Shown here: positions 1 to 11,776 of the stretch, piece after piece
Layout: the number at the start of each line of letters is the position of its first letter
Position numbering within the stretch: position 1 is the first letter of the stretch
NCBI GenBank assembly: GCA_963707985.1
Contig: CAVPRW010000016.1
Location: 32,001-96,000 of the forward strand
Reading direction: 5' to 3'
DNA length: 64,000 nt
Source: an uncultured Nitrospinota bacterium
Lineage (GTDB): Bacteria; Tectomicrobia; Entotheonellia; J063; CAVPRW01
Translations under genes and position numbers: made by a program
The notes under the pieces: generated by a model
Told to the model about the DNA's origin: nothing
Databases searched by the model: none
What the model saw: only the letters and a program-made list of their open reading frames with translations

Positions 1-191
1 GCCTTGACGCCGGGCAGGCGCTCGGCTTCACTGGTATCGACAGAGAGCACGCGGGCATGGGCCTGATCACTTAAACGCAGCTTACCGTGCAAGAGGCCTG
101 GGAGCTGGATGTCTGCCGCGAATTTGCCGTTGCCGAGCGCTTTTTCGAGGGCATCGATGCGTGTGGTCGGTGTGCCGACGACGAGGCCCAT
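1..191 (-). CDS. Xanthine dehydrogenase family molybdopterin-binding subunit, N-terminus (runs off window edge)
   Basis: Manual translation MGLVVGTPTTRIDALEKALGNGKFAADIQLPGLLHGKLRLSDQAHARVLSVDTSEAERLPGVK matches the XdhA/CoxL hammerhead N-terminus; AGGAG RBS upstream; not in ORF track. Confidence 0.85.
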   Translation of the reverse strand, partial: MGLVVGTPTTRIDALEKALGNGKFAADIQLPGLLHGKLRLSDQAHARVLSVDTSEAERLPGVK

Positions 192-482
192 AGCCACCCA
201 CTCCTTTCTGTCAGGGGATCGGGCGCGTGCGTTCTCGCCAGAGGGTGCGAAGAGAATGCCGTACTGGAATCGACATGAAATCACCCATAGACCCCGCAGT
301 GTAGGAAGCGAGGCGCGTCTTGTCAAGGCGTAGTCCTGTGGTCGGGGGCTAATTGGCCCTGTGCTCTCTCTTACGCACATTTTGTGTTGACAACTGAGCC
401 TATCCGCCCCAATATCCCACACATGCGGTACAGGGTCTGCTGCCCTCTGTGGCTCTGCCACAAGGCACGAGGAGGAGTCAGG

Positions 483-1454
483 ATGCAACGCGGATACAGC
501 AGCAAATTCGATGAACTCTTGTATGCTGGAACGATCGGGCAGGGAGTACAACGCAGTCGCGATGGCGGCGAGCACTGGGAGGCCATCAATTATGGCTTAC
601 CACCACAGTGCGATGTGCGCGCGTTGGTCGCGCACCCTCAACATCATAGTCTCCTGTTCGCTGGCACCGACCATGGCTGTTTTCGTAGCCAGGATGGCGG
701 CTTAAGCTGGAAGTCGATTCGCAGCATCGACGAGACCATCGAGGTGTGGAGCCTGTATATCTGTCCTCAAGATCCCGACCTGATGTTTGCCGGTACACGT
801 CCAGCGCGGGTGTATGGCAGCCACGATGGAGGACGGACCTGGGCGCAACTAGCGTTGGAGCTCCCGGCCACGACGCGGATCACAGGCATCGCAGTTGACC
901 CCGAAGATACCGAGACCATCTATGTGGGTGTAGAAGTGGGTGGTCTGCTGCGGAGCGTGGATGCGGGCCATCGGTGGGAGACGATCAATGAGGGGCTCAC
1001 GGACCCTGATGTGCATGCGCTCTGCGTGTGCGCTTCGTCGCCGCCCACCTTACATGTGGCCACAGCCTCGGATATTTTTCGGAGTAATGATTGGGGCGAG
1101 CATTGGGAGGCACTGCGCCTGAAAGATGATCTGCCCTTGACCTATTTTCGGAGTCTGATGGTCACTCCCGACAACCCCGACGTGCTGTATGCCACGGCAG
1201 GTGTGGCGCCCTTTGGTGATGAAGGCGCCCTGTATCGCTCCGTCGATATGGGGGCAACCTGGACACGGTTCCAGGGAGACGTCGCTCTGCAGAGCACCCT
1301 GTGGACGGTCACCATGAACCCCCTCCAGCCCCGCCATCTGTTCGCCGGCACGCTATGCGGGCAACTCGTGGGGACATTCGATGGCGGGCGCACTTGGCAC
1401 GAGTATGCCACGGGGTTTGAGGATCTGCGCGTGCTGCTCTGTCTGCCCTCGTAA
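483..1454 (+). CDS. BNR/Asp-box repeat beta-propeller protein (YCF48/sialidase-like fold)
   Basis: Repeated SxDGGxxW Asp-boxes; start moved to ATG 483 after GGAGGAG. Confidence 0.8.
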   Translation: MQRGYSSKFDELLYAGTIGQGVQRSRDGGEHWEAINYGLPPQCDVRALVAHPQHHSLLFAGTDHGCFRSQDGGLSWKSIRSIDETIEVWSLYICPQDPDLMFAGTRPARVYGSHDGGRTWAQLALELPATTRITGIAVDPEDTETIYVGVEVGGLLRSVDAGHRWETINEGLTDPDVHALCVCASSPPTLHVATASDIFRSNDWGEHWEALRLKDDLPLTYFRSLMVTPDNPDVLYATAGVAPFGDEGALYRSVDMGATWTRFQGDVALQSTLWTVTMNPLQPRHLFAGTLCGQLVGTFDGGRTWHEYATGFEDLRVLLCLPS

Positions 1455-1561
1455 ATTGGGTCACAGCTCAAGGTTCAAGGTCTAGCGTTGGAGGCATAGT
1501 GTCTCTGGACGGTGAGCTCTGTGGTAGCCGCTCACCTGAAGCGCTTGTGAAGGATAGGGCG

Positions 1562-3514
1562 ATGTCCATTGTTCACACGACTTGCACCCGCGACTGCCCC
1601 GACGCCTGCGCGGTGATCGCCCACGTCGAGAGTGACCGGGTGGTTCGCCTGGAGGGCAATGCCAAACATCCACTCACACGTGGATTTCTGTGCAAAAAGA
1701 CTTATCAATACCCCTCACGAGTCTATAGCTCAACCCGTATCCTGCACCCCCTCCAGCGCACCAAAGGGGGGTGGCGCCGCATTACCTGGGGTGACGCCTT
1801 CGACACGCTGGCTGAGTGGCTCACCACCCTGAAGGCCCAGGATGGGTCGCTGGCGGTACTGCATTATCAGAGTGCAGGCTCCATGGGCCTCCTGAAAGCG
1901 CTCAATAGTCGCTTTTTCAACCTCTGGGGTGGGGTCACTGAAGCCGTGGGAAGCCTGTGTGCGGGGGCGGGAATCGCTGGACAGATCAGCAGCTATGGCG
2001 CCGTGCGTAGCCACGCTCCCGAAGATCTTTTGAATAGCCGGACGATTCTGATCTGGGGACGGAACCCCATGGTCACCAATATTCATATGCTCCCCTTGCT
2101 GAAGGCCGCCAGGGAACGCGGGGCAACGGTGGTGGTCATTGATCCCCGCCGCACGGACACGGTGAAGTATGCTGATCAGCATGTGGCATTGAAGCCAGGG
2201 GGCGACGCTTATCTGGCCATCGGCCTGGCACAGTCGCTGTTGCGGCAAGGGCTGGTGGACTGGGAGTTCCTGATCACCGCCACGGCCAATCTGACCGATT
2301 TTAGACGTCTGCTAGAGGGTGTCGATCAGGAGACGATTCTCGACCACACAGGATTATCGGCCGAGACGATCGATACCCTAGCGCATCGCTATGGCACTCA
2401 GAAGCCGGGGAGCATTCATCTAGGCATGGGACCGCAGCGCTGGATGACCGGAGCCGAGGTGTTCCAACTGATCGATGCATTGGCGGCCTTCACGGGCAAT
2501 ATTGGCGTGCCCGGTGGTGGCGTGAATTACGCCTCCCGCCTGCCGGCATTGATCGACCAGTCATGGATGGCCGCGGATCACGCAAAAGTCCGGCGCCTGG
2601 TGTTGCGACCAAGCATCGGGCGTGACCTACTGGAAACCCATGATCCACCTATCCGCCTCGCCTGGGTCTGCGGCGCCAATCCCGTCACCCAGGCCCTCAA
2701 CTCCGATCTGGTACGCCAGGCGCTGGCGCGCATCGAGCACGTGGTGGTCAATGATATCTACCTCACGGACACCGCCCAGTACGCCCATCTATTTTTGCCG
2801 ACCACGACGTTTGTGGAAGAGGAAGACCTGCTGGTGACGGATTGGTGGAACGCCTATTTCAGCTACGTGCGACCGGTGGTCCCGCCCTGTGGTGAGGCCA
2901 GATCGGACCTGGCGATCTTTCAAGGCCTGGCCGCGCGCCTCGGATTTGGCGCTGAAATGGCCGGCACACCGGGCGAATGGCTTAGCCGACTGACCGCGCC
3001 GATGCAGGGCTATGGCATCACTCTAGAGCGCCTGCGGGCTGCGGGCTGGGTACGTCACCCGCTAGCGCAGGATGTGCCGTTTGCGGATCGGCAATTTTAT
3101 ACACCCTCACAAAAATTCGAGTTTCTCACGGCCTGGGGAGAGGATTTCCGCCCGACAGTCGGCTACCCACTCTATTTGATTACCGGTAAAACGAACACCC
3201 GACTGAACTCGCAGGTGCTCGATCGCGACCGCGACCAGCTGCCCCAGGTATGGGCACATCCTCAGGTGCTGGCAGAGGCGGGGCTGGCGCCGGGAGAAGA
3301 GGCACTGGTCGAATCGCCGTACGGTAGCATGCGGGTCCGCATCCAAGTTGATGCCGTACAACGTCGCGATACACTCTTCACCAATCAGGGGACATGGCTC
3401 GGGGCTGGTGGCACACCAAACCAGTTGACTGGCAACGTCATCAGCCATCATGGCCAATTAGGGGCGTTTAATCACATCTCAGTGCGACTGGTACAGCCAC
3501 AGCATCATTTGTAA
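1562..3514 (+). CDS. Molybdopterin-dependent oxidoreductase (DMSO reductase family), cytoplasmic
   Basis: N-terminal CTRDCPDAC...LC Fe-S motif, IDPRRT, TDTAQYAHLFLP, C-terminal dinucleotide-binding domain; no Tat signal. Confidence 0.9.
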   Translation: MSIVHTTCTRDCPDACAVIAHVESDRVVRLEGNAKHPLTRGFLCKKTYQYPSRVYSSTRILHPLQRTKGGWRRITWGDAFDTLAEWLTTLKAQDGSLAVLHYQSAGSMGLLKALNSRFFNLWGGVTEAVGSLCAGAGIAGQISSYGAVRSHAPEDLLNSRTILIWGRNPMVTNIHMLPLLKAARERGATVVVIDPRRTDTVKYADQHVALKPGGDAYLAIGLAQSLLRQGLVDWEFLITATANLTDFRRLLEGVDQETILDHTGLSAETIDTLAHRYGTQKPGSIHLGMGPQRWMTGAEVFQLIDALAAFTGNIGVPGGGVNYASRLPALIDQSWMAADHAKVRRLVLRPSIGRDLLETHDPPIRLAWVCGANPVTQALNSDLVRQALARIEHVVVNDIYLTDTAQYAHLFLPTTTFVEEEDLLVTDWWNAYFSYVRPVVPPCGEARSDLAIFQGLAARLGFGAEMAGTPGEWLSRLTAPMQGYGITLERLRAAGWVRHPLAQDVPFADRQFYTPSQKFEFLTAWGEDFRPTVGYPLYLITGKTNTRLNSQVLDRDRDQLPQVWAHPQVLAEAGLAPGEEALVESPYGSMRVRIQVDAVQRRDTLFTNQGTWLGAGGTPNQLTGNVISHHGQLGAFNHISVRLVQPQHHL

Positions 3515-3560
3515 CCAATTGATCGCCCCCCCACAACCCCTCAGAAGAGTGGGTTTGTCG

Positions 3561-3595
3561 TCCCCTCTCCCGCCGGGAGAGGGTCAGGGTGAGGG
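3561..3595 (+). repeat. REP-like extragenic palindrome (CCCTCTCCC..GGGAGAGGGTCAGGGTGAGGG)
   Basis: Hairpin plus GGGTGAGGG tail; related copies at 41071-41095 and 43999-44032 (reverse strand). Confidence 0.6.
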
Positions 3596-3656
3596 ATGTA
3601 GGGCGGTCATCGATCTCTCGAAGGGACAGGCAAATACAAGGAAGGAATCGTCAGAG

Positions 3657-4832
3657 ATGAACCCCGAATCACCGGTCATGCACCAGCAACCTCAAGGATT
3701 TTTAGCGGCCGCGAAAAATGTTGGCATCAAGGATGAGACGCTCGACATGACGGTGATCTATTCCACGGTGCGAGCGCGGGCAGCCGCCATGTTCACCCGT
3801 AGCCGATTTCCCGGTGCACCGGTCATCGTCGGGCGGGCGCACATCTCTGATGGCTTCGCCCAGGCGATCGTGGTGAATAGTAAGAACGCCAATGTGGCGA
3901 CTGGCCAGCGCGGCATCGAGGATGCGGTCGAGATGTGTCGACTGGTGGCTGGTGAGCTAGGGATCGACACGCGCGATGTGCTGCCCTTCTCGACCGGGGT
4001 CATCGGGCGACATTTGCCGATGGACAAGATCCGTGCCGGTCTGAAGGGGATTCGTGATGAGCTTCGTCCAAATAACCTGGAGCTCGCGGCGCGTGCCATC
4101 ATGACCACGGACATGTACCCCAAGTATGTCTCGCGGCCAGTGGGGTCTGCGGTCGTGGCCGGCATTGCCAAAGGGGCAGGGATGATCGAGCCCAACATGG
4201 CGACGATGCTCGCCTACATCATGACCGATGCCGATCTGCCTGCGCATACGCTGCGCCCGATGCTGCGGCGCGTGGTGGACCGCTCGTTCAATGCCATCAG
4301 CATCGACACCGATACCAGCACCAGCGATACCGTGGTACTGATGGCCAACGGCCTAGCGGGAGCGGTGAATCGGCGTGCCTTCGAGGCAGCGTTGATTGAA
4401 GTCTGTGAGTATCTGGCGCGCGAAATCGCCCGCAACGGCGAGGGTGCCAGCAAACTCCTGACGGTGCAGGTCAGCGGCGCCAAGAATCCCCGCCAGGCAA
4501 AGTTCGTCGCCAAAGCCGTGGTGAACTCGCCGCTGGTGAAAACGGCGGTGTATGGTTGTGATCCCAATTGGGGGCGTGTTGTCATGGCGGTGGGGAAATG
4601 CGCCGACGAACAAGACATCGAACCCAATCGCACGACCATTCGCTTCGGTCCGACCGCCGTCTTCGAGTTAGGCTCACCAGTCGAATGCGATCTGGAGGCC
4701 TTGCAGAAATATCTCGGGCAAAAAGAGGTAGAAATCGGCGTGGATTTGGGGATTGGGAACGCTTCAGCGCGGGTCTGGGGCTGCGATCTGACCGAAGGTT
4801 ATGTGAAGGAAAACGCCTACTATACGACCTAA
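3657..4832 (+). CDS. argJ: Bifunctional glutamate N-acetyltransferase/amino-acid acetyltransferase
   Basis: NSKNANVATG, STGVIG, AIMTTD, KGAGMIEPNMATML, DTSTSD, DPNWGR motifs. Confidence 0.95.
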   Translation: MNPESPVMHQQPQGFLAAAKNVGIKDETLDMTVIYSTVRARAAAMFTRSRFPGAPVIVGRAHISDGFAQAIVVNSKNANVATGQRGIEDAVEMCRLVAGELGIDTRDVLPFSTGVIGRHLPMDKIRAGLKGIRDELRPNNLELAARAIMTTDMYPKYVSRPVGSAVVAGIAKGAGMIEPNMATMLAYIMTDADLPAHTLRPMLRRVVDRSFNAISIDTDTSTSDTVVLMANGLAGAVNRRAFEAALIEVCEYLAREIARNGEGASKLLTVQVSGAKNPRQAKFVAKAVVNSPLVKTAVYGCDPNWGRVVMAVGKCADEQDIEPNRTTIRFGPTAVFELGSPVECDLEALQKYLGQKEVEIGVDLGIGNASARVWGCDLTEGYVKENAYYTT

Positions 4833-4844
4833 GCTCACCACCCT

Positions 4845-6056
<1,212 letters not shown>

Positions 6057-6125
6057 TTCCTCGTCATCACCAGGCATCCTCGCGATTTCCCCGGCGCGTA
6101 CCATAACGGCAGACTGGGAGCCCGG

Positions 6126-6936
6126 TCAAGCACCGGTGCAGTCCAGGAAGCGCACCTCGGCGGACGTGAGCGTCACCAATGCGCCGTCATCTTGACGCAA
6201 CCCCAGACGGCCGGCTCGATCGATGCTCTCAGCCGTGCCTTCCCAGGTTGTACCAGGCGTTCGGGCGCGGATGCGTCGGCCATGCATGAGCGAGCGCGCC
6301 TCCCATGCCGCCTGCAAGACCGTCTCCCCTTGGCTGATGAACCGGGTATACCACGCTTCCAGGCTCCCCATGAGGGCAGCTAGCAACTCCTCTCGGGCAA
6401 TCTCGCGCCCCAAGGACACCTGTAACGATGTCGACAGGCTGGGCCACTGATCCCAGATGCTCATCTAGGTCCGCCTCGGTCATGTTAACGTTGACGCCGA
6501 TGCCAACCACCACGAACCGGACAGCATCCTGGTGCGTTTCCATCTCCGTCAAGATCCCCGCCACTTTGCGCTGCTGAATGAGGACGTCGTTGGGCCACTT
6601 GATGCCGCAGACGGCCCCCTCCTGACGCAGGGTATCGACCAGTGCCACAGCTGCCAGGAGCGATAGCAGTGGCGCCTGTGCAGGGGTAATCAATGGGCGC
6701 AGAAGCAGGGATACATAGAGGTTGCGCTGCGGTGGCGAGATCCACACCTTGTCAGCCTGGCCGCGACCTGCCGTTTGTTCATCGGCGAGCACGATGGTGC
6801 CTTCGGGCTCTCCTTGCCGCCCCAGTGCGTATAGGAAAGTATTCGTTGAAATCAGCACGTCGAAGGCAAGGCACTGTTGCCCCATCACACGCGTCCGCAG
6901 CAGACGCTGAAAACGCTCAACATCGAAAGGTGGCAT
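6126..6936 (-). CDS. birA: Biotin-[acetyl-CoA-carboxylase] ligase without HTH; frameshifted near 6445
   Basis: QTAGRG, KWPNDV, KVAGIL, GIGVNVN in ORF 6229-7143; C-terminal domain in ORF 6126-6464 (another frame). Confidence 0.85.
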
Positions 6937-7064
6937 GAATGTTTCTCTTCGCCGTCGGATCAGTGTTGCCCCGTGCACTGCCACACTGTGGCATGGCTGA
7001 GGCCTCCTGTCAATTCCATCATGGCTAGCGGCACCTAGGGCGCTCGACCTTAGGAAAGGTCCCC

Positions 7065-7073
7065 TGCTATAAT
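7065..7073 (+). promoter_or_regulatory. Extended -10 promoter element TGCTATAAT
   Basis: Perfect TGnTATAAT about 40 nt upstream of ATG 7115. Confidence 0.5.
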
Positions 7074-7114
7074 GAAATTTTACGATAGGCGAATCTCGAT
7101 CAGGAGGGAGATAT

Positions 7115-8101
7115 ATGAAAGTCATCGTGCCTGTTGCTGGCAAGGGAACGCGCTTGCGCCCTCACACGCATACCAAACCGAAGTCGCTGGTGCGAGTGGC
7201 AGGCAAGCCGATTCTTGGCCATCTCGTCGACCGTATTCGCTCATTACCCATGGAGGAATTGATCCTCATTATCGACCCCGATGAGTCGAAAGAAGCGAGC
7301 ATCCGACAGTTCCTCGACGCCACAGCGCCGGTGCCTGTGCGCTATGTGCGCCAGACAGAGCTCAAGGGCCCCGCGCACGCGATCTTTCTGGCTCGCCAGT
7401 ACATCGATCAGGACGTCCTGATCATCTTCAACGATACGTTGTTCGACGCCGACCTTAGCCAGATCGGGACCCATCAAGCCGATGGCATGATTTGGGTGCG
7501 TGAGGTAGACGACCCACGACGCTTTGGCCTCGTGGAACTTGAGGGTGACCGTATCGTGCGTCTCGTTGAGAAGCCGGAACTGCCACTCTCGAACCTGGCG
7601 ATGATCGGGATGTACTACCTGAAGGACGGGCCTGGCCTGATGCAATACATCGAACGGGTGATGCACGCAGGGCGGACGGTTAAGGGAGAGTTTTATCTCC
7701 CCGATCCCCTGCAGCTCATGCTGGATGAGGACTATCACCTTGAGGCGGCTCCGGTGCAGGGCTGGTATGATTGCGGTACGATCGAGGCCCTCCTCGACAC
7801 CAACCGTGTGCTCCTGGAAAATGGCCATCAGCGACTCATTGATACCATCGATTCGGTGATCATTCCGCCTGTATGCATCGAGGCCGGGGCCCATATTCGT
7901 CGATCCGTCATCGGGCCGTACGTCTCCATCGCCTCCCAGGCCGTGGTGGAACACTCGATTATCAGGGACAGTATCATCAACGAAGGAGCGATGGTCCACG
8001 ATGCCCTCCTGCAGCGTTCCCTGATTGGCGAGCAGGCGTTTGTCAAGGGAGGATATAAACGGCTTAATGTGGGGGATTCTTCAGCTGTGCAGGGCGAGTA
8101 G
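7115..8101 (+). CDS. Sugar-1-phosphate nucleotidyltransferase (glucose-1-P thymidylyltransferase long-form type)
   Basis: AGKGTRLRPHTHTKPK, VEKP, WYDCG, C-terminal hexapeptide-like repeats. Confidence 0.9.
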   Translation: MKVIVPVAGKGTRLRPHTHTKPKSLVRVAGKPILGHLVDRIRSLPMEELILIIDPDESKEASIRQFLDATAPVPVRYVRQTELKGPAHAIFLARQYIDQDVLIIFNDTLFDADLSQIGTHQADGMIWVREVDDPRRFGLVELEGDRIVRLVEKPELPLSNLAMIGMYYLKDGPGLMQYIERVMHAGRTVKGEFYLPDPLQLMLDEDYHLEAAPVQGWYDCGTIEALLDTNRVLLENGHQRLIDTIDSVIIPPVCIEAGAHIRRSVIGPYVSIASQAVVEHSIIRDSIINEGAMVHDALLQRSLIGEQAFVKGGYKRLNVGDSSAVQGE

Positions 8102-8184
8102 GACCTCCCTCCTCCCACTCCTGTGAGCTCATCCTGATAGGTACGATCTGTCCATCGTTCTGCTTGGGCCATAAAGGATAGCGC

Positions 8185-9849
8185 ATGATCAGCTGGTTTG
8201 ATACCCTGCGCGACCTTCCCCGTCTACGTGAAATCGGTCGTGTCTTGTTACGACACGGCTTCGGCCATGTGGCTCAGCGCCTGCGCCTCCCCGGGGTGCG
8301 CTGGTGGCGACGGCGACAGCCCGTCCCCGACGTGATCGCGTTTTCACTCCCCGAGCGTCTACGGATGATTTTCGAAGAGCTCGGGCCTACCTTCATCAAA
8401 TTCGGTCAGATCCTCAGCATTCGGCGAGATGTGCTGCCTGAGGAGTATGTCAGCGAATTCGAAAAGTTGCAGGATGCGGTGCCTCCTTTCTCGTATGCCG
8501 AGGTGGCGCGGCTGATCGCTGAGGAGTTTGGGCGGGATGTCAAGGACGTCTTCGAAGAGTTTGCCTCCGAGCCATTGGCCTCGGCGTCTATTGCCCAGGC
8601 CCACCTGGCGCGCACGAAAACCGGGCAGGAGGTCATCGTCAAAGTGCAGCGCCCGCAAATTCGTCAGATGATCTTGAAGGATCTGGCCATCATGGAGCAT
8701 CTGGCGCACATGGTGGCCCGCCGTATCCCCGAGAGTCGGCGCTATGACCCGGTGGGGCTGGTCGAGGAATTCCGCAAAACCATCCTATTGGAACTGGATT
8801 TTCGACGCGAAGGGCGCAATGCTGATCGGCTTCGAGAGCATCTGCGCGACATGTCGGGGATCGTGGTGCCACAGGTGTTTTGGGAATATTCGGCGCCGCG
8901 TGTGCTCACCATCGAGTACATGGTCGGTCAGGGATTGCGCGAAGTGCTCAGACGCTCAGCAGACGATCGCCACCACATCGCGGCCAATCTCTATAAGGCC
9001 TTTCTGAAACAAATCTTCGAGGACGGCTTCTTCCACGCTGATCCCCACCCTGGTAATCTTCTGTTCTTGTCCGATGGCCGTGTCGGATTGCTTGATTTCG
9101 GTATCGTCGGACGCGTGTCGCGCGATCGTTTGGCTGGGTTGGTGACGATCTTGCTGGCCATGATGGAACAGGACGTCGAGACGCTCTTGGATGAATGTAT
9201 CGTGCTCGGGTTGATGCCGGCGGATTTGGATCGGCGGACCATGCAGTATGAAATCGATGAGTTGCTGGCGGAGCATTTGGACCTGCCTTTACGCGATATC
9301 TCTCTCGCTCACATCCTCGAAACCCTGTTCGAGATGGGGCGCAAGCATCATCTGAAGGTGCACTCGAATCTGGTGTTGTTAGGGAAAACGATGATGACCC
9401 TTGAGGCGGTGATTCGAGCCCTCGATCCCGCCTTTGCGCTGGTGGAAGAAGCGCGCTGGGAGGTCGAACGCCTCATGCGCAGCCGGCTGTCAGCGGATAC
9501 TCTGCTCAAAACCGGCTGGCGCACGACCCGTCAAGTCTTGCATCTCACGCGCCGATTGCCGCAACGCTTGGAGCGCATTCTCCAGTCTGTCGAAGATGGC
9601 CGCGTGCGGGTGGAGTTGACGCCTGTCACAGAAGCGCATGTCCTCCAACAGTGGGAGCAAATGTGGCATCGTGCCGTGCGCGGGGCGATGGTCTGCGCCT
9701 TGATCATCGGTGGTTCCCTGCTCATCCAGGCGCACATCGGCCCTGTGGTCAAGGGACTGTCGATTGCCGGCTTGCTCGGCTATGGCTTGGCCCTGATGCT
9801 TGGTCTTCCCCTCCTGCGCTCGCTGAAACGTCGAGATGGGGACTGGTAA
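8185..9849 (+). CDS. AarF/ABC1/UbiB family kinase-like protein
   Basis: ELGPTFIKFGQ, ASASIAQ, VKVQRP, FFHADPHPGN, LLDFG; C-terminal TM helices. Confidence 0.92.
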   Translation: MISWFDTLRDLPRLREIGRVLLRHGFGHVAQRLRLPGVRWWRRRQPVPDVIAFSLPERLRMIFEELGPTFIKFGQILSIRRDVLPEEYVSEFEKLQDAVPPFSYAEVARLIAEEFGRDVKDVFEEFASEPLASASIAQAHLARTKTGQEVIVKVQRPQIRQMILKDLAIMEHLAHMVARRIPESRRYDPVGLVEEFRKTILLELDFRREGRNADRLREHLRDMSGIVVPQVFWEYSAPRVLTIEYMVGQGLREVLRRSADDRHHIAANLYKAFLKQIFEDGFFHADPHPGNLLFLSDGRVGLLDFGIVGRVSRDRLAGLVTILLAMMEQDVETLLDECIVLGLMPADLDRRTMQYEIDELLAEHLDLPLRDISLAHILETLFEMGRKHHLKVHSNLVLLGKTMMTLEAVIRALDPAFALVEEARWEVERLMRSRLSADTLLKTGWRTTRQVLHLTRRLPQRLERILQSVEDGRVRVELTPVTEAHVLQQWEQMWHRAVRGAMVCALIIGGSLLIQAHIGPVVKGLSIAGLLGYGLALMLGLPLLRSLKRRDGDW

Positions 9850-9921
9850 GAGCCCAGTCCAAGGCACTGAGGACTCCGACCGAGTGTGGTTCTTCCACGG
9901 CGCAGTCGGCAATCCTGTTGC

Positions 9922-11193
9922 TCATGGAAAGAGCCCGCGCACACGTTCGCCCTGAGCCACTTTGCCGACTCCTAGCATCAGCGCCGCGGTGCGCATGTCG
10001 ACTTGGGCACGCTCGGCCTCAGCAGACACCTCTCGGAAGGCTTTGATCAGCACCTGCCTGAGACGACGGTTGATCTGCGTTTCGGTCCAGAAGTAATTTT
10101 GCAGATCTTGCACCCATTCGAAATACGACACGGTGACCCCGCCGGCATTGCAGAGGACGTCTGGGACGACAAAAATATCGCGTTGGCGCAGGATGACATC
10201 CGCTTCGGGGGTCGTGGGGCCGTTGGCTGCCTCGGCCAGGATTCGACACTGAATGGCTGGGGCATTATCCATGGTGATCTGGCGTTCCAGCGCTGCAGGC
10301 ACCAGAATGTCACAGGGCAGGGTCAGCAGGTCAGCATTGGTGATGACTGCAGCCTCTGGGAAGTCGACGATCGTTTTCTTCTCCTGCTGGTGCTTTAACA
10401 GCTTCGGGATGTCAAGGCCACGGTCGTGATAGATGCCACCCTGGACGTCGCTGACCGCGATGACGCGGGCTCCCAACTCATGCATGAGCGCGGCAGTGAC
10501 CGAGCCCACATTGCCAAACCCCTGGACCACAAGGCGTGCCCCCTGTATCGGCATCTTCTGCAGGGTGCACGCTTCCTGCACACAGTACACCACACCTCGC
10601 CCGGTGGCCTCCCTCCGCCCCAACGACCCACCGATGACGATGGGCTTACCGGTGACCACCCCAGGCACGGAATAGCCGACTTGCATGCTGTAGGTGTCCA
10701 TGATCCAGGCCATGGTTTCTTCATTGGTGTTCACATCAGGGGCAAGGATGTCGACCTGCGGGCCGATGACTAACAGGATCTCCTGGGTATAGCGGCGGGT
10801 GAGACGTTCGCGTTCACGAGCAGACATGGTCGTGGGATCACAATGGACACCCCCTTTGGCACCACCGAAGGGGAGTCCCACGAGGGCGCACTTCCACGTC
10901 ATCCACATCGCCAGGGCGCTGACATCCCCAAGGCTGACGCTCGGGTGATAGCGCAGCCCTCCCTTCCCTGGCCCAAGGACGAGATTGTGATGGACTCGAT
11001 ACCCAATGAACACCTGCGTCTCGCCATTATCCATCAGCACTGGGACGCTCACCACCATACAACGCTGTGGTAGCCTTAGCCTTGCCAGGATATCGCGCTC
11101 GAGCCCCAAACGCTCAGCTACCAGGTCGAGTTGGCGCACGGCCATGTGGTACGTATCGGAATCCATCTCGTTCTGCATCGATGGTACCGCCAT
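9922..11193 (-). CDS. Glu/Leu/Phe/Val dehydrogenase (glutamate dehydrogenase)
   Basis: GPGKGGLRYHP, GGAKGG, APDVNT, QGFGNVG, NAGGVTVSYFEW. Confidence 0.95.
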   Translation of the reverse strand: MAVPSMQNEMDSDTYHMAVRQLDLVAERLGLERDILARLRLPQRCMVVSVPVLMDNGETQVFIGYRVHHNLVLGPGKGGLRYHPSVSLGDVSALAMWMTWKCALVGLPFGGAKGGVHCDPTTMSARERERLTRRYTQEILLVIGPQVDILAPDVNTNEETMAWIMDTYSMQVGYSVPGVVTGKPIVIGGSLGRREATGRGVVYCVQEACTLQKMPIQGARLVVQGFGNVGSVTAALMHELGARVIAVSDVQGGIYHDRGLDIPKLLKHQQEKKTIVDFPEAAVITNADLLTLPCDILVPAALERQITMDNAPAIQCRILAEAANGPTTPEADVILRQRDIFVVPDVLCNAGGVTVSYFEWVQDLQNYFWTETQINRRLRQVLIKAFREVSAEAERAQVDMRTAALMLGVGKVAQGERVRGLFP

Positions 11194-11691
11194 CCCCTTT
11201 CACCCCCCGTTCACAGGTTGGATACATGTCTGTCGGTAGCGTCGGAGTTGTCTCATGGCCCTGCACTTAGAGGACTATGGGCCCAGACAAGGCCTCAACA
11301 AGTTTCTTATTCTACTCCACAAATCTGGGTGTTCAACCATGATTGTTGCGGGCATAGGGGTGTGTTGCTCGGATATCCAGGGTGTGCTACAGTAGCGGCC
11401 GTTCGCCATCCAGCACTAGCGCCCTCTACAGCGGTGGTATGGTCCGAGGGTCCGCGGGCATGCCCGTGGTGTGCAGACCGGCTACGTCGGTCTCTGGATG
11501 ACGTTGGTAGCATATGGGGTGGTTCTGGTTATTGCCCCGTCGTGCTGAGCAACCGTCGCTGAATCGTTGGCCAGGGGACTGGAAAACGCTGTGGGGCGCT
11601 CGCCAGGTGACGGCTGGGTTGACAGAGCTGTTAAGGTGTGTATAAGTCAAGTGTCAAGCTGCGTCGCCGCTGGGTATGGCAGGCAAAGAGC

Positions 11692-11720
11692 TTGGCAAGT
11701 GTTGAGGATATTGGTACAAT
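11692..11720 (+). promoter_or_regulatory. Sigma70-like promoter TTGGCA-N17-TACAAT
   Basis: Correct spacing with TG extension, upstream of the ferredoxin gene. Confidence 0.45.
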
Positions 11721-11776
11721 AGGAGCGAAATCTCCTGGTGGGACGTCAAGTACCCTTAGCATAAGGAGCTGGGAAC

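Noticed and set aside
11194..11690. About 500-bp intergenic region that might hold an ncRNA or riboswitch
   Set aside because: No recognisable tRNA, riboswitch or conserved motif by eye; would need an Rfam scan.
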